DNA of 64,000 nucleotides from Octopus bimaculoides (taxonomy: Eukaryota), in the NCBI RefSeq assembly GCF_001194135.2, contig NC_068988.1:56685034-56749033 (forward strand). Direction: 5' to 3'. The translations under genes were made by a program, and so were the position numbers. Within the stretch, counting starts at the first letter, position 1. Every line of letters starts with the position of its first letter. The notes beneath the pieces were generated by a model. That model did not search any database. It saw only the letters and a list, made by a program, of their open reading frames with translations, and was not told where the DNA came from. Positions 61,713 to 64,000 of this stretch are shown here, one piece after another.

Positions 61713-62146
61713 AGGCATAGACATGGCTGTGTGACTGAGAAGTTTGCCTCCCAACCACATGGTTCCGGGTTCAGTTCCACTGAGTGATACCTTGGGCAAG
61801 TGTCTTCTACTATAGTCCCAAAGCCTTGTGAGTGGATTTGGTAGAAAGAAACTGAAAGAAGCCCACCATGTGTGTGTGTGAGTAAGTATGAGTGTGTTTG
61901 TTTGTGCCTCCTTGTCTTGATAGCTGTAAATGAGTGTCACTGGCATACAAGCAGTGTCATTGATTTTCAATATTCTGGGAAAATATGTCTGGTCATGGGG
62001 GAAGTATTGCCTTGCTTGGTAACTGGTGAGGGTTGGTGACATGAAGGGCATCTGGCCGTAGAAAAAAAATCTGCCTCGATATAAACTTCCGTTTGACCCA
62101 TGCAACTATGGAAAAAGTGGACCTTAGAACAATGATGATGATGATG
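61713..62146 (+). mobile_element. Full-length SINE with family-B head and core but a different 3' tail
   Basis: Head and core as in 10421-10816, then GGTGAGGGTTGGTGACATGAAGGGCATC...CCCATGCAACTATGGAAAAAGTGGAC and (GAT)n. Reverse copies at 4055-4452, 8460-8680 and 41273-41660. Confidence 0.82.
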
Positions 62147-62236
62147 AAGATGGCAATGATAATGACGATTTTTCTCTAATGCACTAATGATTCAGCCCAT
62201 CCAACACCCGTAACGATAAGGGTTTATGGGGGTAAG

Positions 62237-62277
<41 letters not shown>

Positions 62278-62699
62278 CAGCGAGATGAAGACAGATGCAT
62301 TTTTGTGCAGTGACTGCAACAGGCATTCTATGCATGCACTATGGTCTTACCTGCTCCTACCGGTATGTCATGCCTTTTTAAGAGTGGTCAAAATGGTGGT
62401 GGTGGAGAGCAGGTTGAACCCTGGACACCGTGTATTGTAATTACAACTAATTAACTAGTCTACATAGATAATTGTTGCTGTTGTATAGATTCCTCCTCCC
62501 CCCCATTCACCTCCCTCCCTCTCTTTGGTCAGGTCGGGTTGAGTTTGACCCTGCAGAACCTGCAGTGTGTTTGTGGGCTGACGCGTGTTATGTGTGGATG
62601 GTTGGTTCCATTAAATAAATGCTTGGGTTGTAATGTTGGATTGCTTTGATTAACATATAGGAGACAAAAAAAAAAAAAAAAAAAAAAAACTAAACAAAA

Positions 62700-62803
62700 A
62701 ATAAAGTTAAAGTATAAGAGAGGGAGTGATGTGTGTGAGAGAGGGAGGGAGTGTGTGTCTTTGAGGGAGAGTATGTATGAGTAAGAGGAGTGCATGAAAA
62801 GGA

Positions 62804-62841
<38 letters not shown>

Positions 62842-63180
62842 GTGTATGTGCAAGAGAGAGAGGAAGAAATGAAAGAGAAGTGATTTGTGTAAAAGAGAGA
62901 GGTTGGAGAAAAAGAGTGTATGTAAAAGTGAGAGAGAGAGAGTGTGTGAGTAAGAGTGGTTGCATGTGAGAGAGAAAATGAAAGAGAAAGAGAGAGCATG
63001 TGTGTGTGTGTGTATGTAAAAGAGAGGCAGAAGGAGAGATAGTTTGTGTGTGTGTGAGAGAGAGAGAGAGAGTGACAGAATGATAGACAGACAGAAGAGA
63101 GTATAAGTGTGAGAGAGAAAGAAAGTGTACATGTGTGAGAGAGAAAAGAAAGTGTGTGTGTGTGTGTGAGAAAGAATAGA
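62700..63180. repeat. GA/GT-rich low-complexity tract
   Basis: Purine-rich on plus, CT/CA-rich on the GRK sense strand. Confidence 0.8.
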
Positions 63181-63271
63181 GCACCGAGGATATAAGCAAC
63201 GTTGTGACCATCGTTCTTCAGAGCGTCTGTATAAGTGGCATCCGATTATCGAACGTGCGGTGGTGCAGCGG

Positions 63272-63343
63272 TCAGACATCGGTGGAGGTTTCACCGCTAT
63301 GACTGGAACAGATCTTGAAGAAGTCAGTACAACTGCTACTTAC
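63272..63343 (-). CDS. GRK read-through C-terminal tail [23 protein letters not shown]
   Basis: Frame stays open through the GTAAGT donor to TGA at 63274-63272. The sequence is CpG-rich, unlike the intronic DNA elsewhere. Confidence 0.5.
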   Translation of the reverse strand, partial: VSSSCTDFFKICSSHSGETSTDV

Positions 63344-63478
63344 CCGCCTACGACGCAAGATTCGATCTAGTAAGCCAGGTCTGGGAGGCGGAGGTGGCTG
63401 GTCCTCCAGTAGGTCCGGTGAGGGGGTAAAGTTTTCACCGAACACATTCAATTCTTTAAAACATTCTGTCTCAATCAT
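63344..63478 (-). CDS. Late exon of a GRK4/5/6-subfamily G protein-coupled receptor kinase (Gprk2-like)
   Basis: (T)n-gcag|ATG; [45 protein letters not shown]|gtaagt, 135 nt. Resembles the recalled GRK5 segment [44 protein letters not shown]. The rest of the gene lies beyond 64000. Confidence 0.93.
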
Positions 63479-63589
63479 CTGCAAAAAAAAAAAAAAAAAA
63501 AAATTACACCAATTTATGTATTTTTATATAAAATCTTATTGATCCCTCTTTCATATATATACGTATTAATCAAAGTGTACAATATCATA

Positions 63590-63994
63590 TATGGCTGTTC
63601 GTACACATGCGTCATACAGTCTGCCTTTTACTCTGAGTGAGAGGCCCCTTGTTATCAGCAGAGGTAAGAGCTCTCTGAACTTTGCCCAGGCTATTCCTAT
63701 TCTAGCAGCTACACTTTCAGCGCACCCTCCCCCACTACTAACTTGGTCACCTAGATAGCGGAAGCTATCAACTACGTCTAGTTTTTCTCCCTGGAATGTG
63801 GCAGAAGTTGTTTTCTGCACATTCACAGTGTTTATAGCTCCTGAACAGGTTACATACAAAAACTAACTTCTTAGTTAACCTTCCTTTGATATTGCTGCAC
63901 CTCTTATGTGTCCAAAGCTTGCACTTGGTGCATCTTATAGAGTTTCTGCCTACGCCTTTTCTACAGATCAAGCAGGGCCATCTACCTGAAGGGA
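63590..63994 (-). mobile_element. RTE LINE fragment (Cys/His finger and post-RT region) in a GRK intron
   Basis: PSGRWPCLICRKGVGRNSIRCTKCKLWTHKRCSNIKGRL, a frameshift, then [54 protein letters not shown]. Confidence 0.9.
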
Positions 63995-64000
63995 TATATA

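Noticed and set aside
62351-62560. Minus-strand CTGCAG acceptors and an AGCAG|GTAAGA donor
   Set aside because: No convincing phase-0 peptide; cannot be distinguished from chance sites or a UTR exon.
63344-63478. Calling the GRK exon octopus rhodopsin kinase
   Set aside because: That enzyme is described as GRK2/3-like with a PH domain, while this motif is GRK4/5/6-type. No single gene symbol can be assigned from one exon.

Overview
Eukaryotic, AT-rich, microsatellite- and SINE-dense draft sequence with about 12 N-gaps. The repeat families suggest an octopus genome (inference, not verified). The plus strand carries a TCERG1/CA150 ortholog: I traced 19 exons from 3797 to 44141 with consistent splice phases, about 978 codons (Pro-rich region, 3 WW domains, S/T/P linker, 6 FF domains, C-terminal [15 protein letters not shown]). 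Its start codon is in a gap or upstream. The minus strand carries a late exon of a GRK4/5/6-subfamily GPCR kinase (63478-63344), converging on TCERG1. Its strong donor can be read through to a Cys-containing tail ending -STDV, or possibly spliced to a distal terminal exon (candidate 49750). The introns hold tRNA-derived SINEs, RTE, Rex3/Expander and CR1-like LINE relics, an Hsmar1-like mariner, several MITEs and a Helitron nested in inverted orientation inside a sister copy. The best leads are the alternative GRK C-termini, candidate poison/truncating exons in SINE-free parts of the 12.3-kb TCERG1 intron, and several long fold-back structures. No prokaryotic-type system, CRISPR array, rRNA or intact tRNA was found. 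All analysis was by eye; family names come from recalled consensus sequences.
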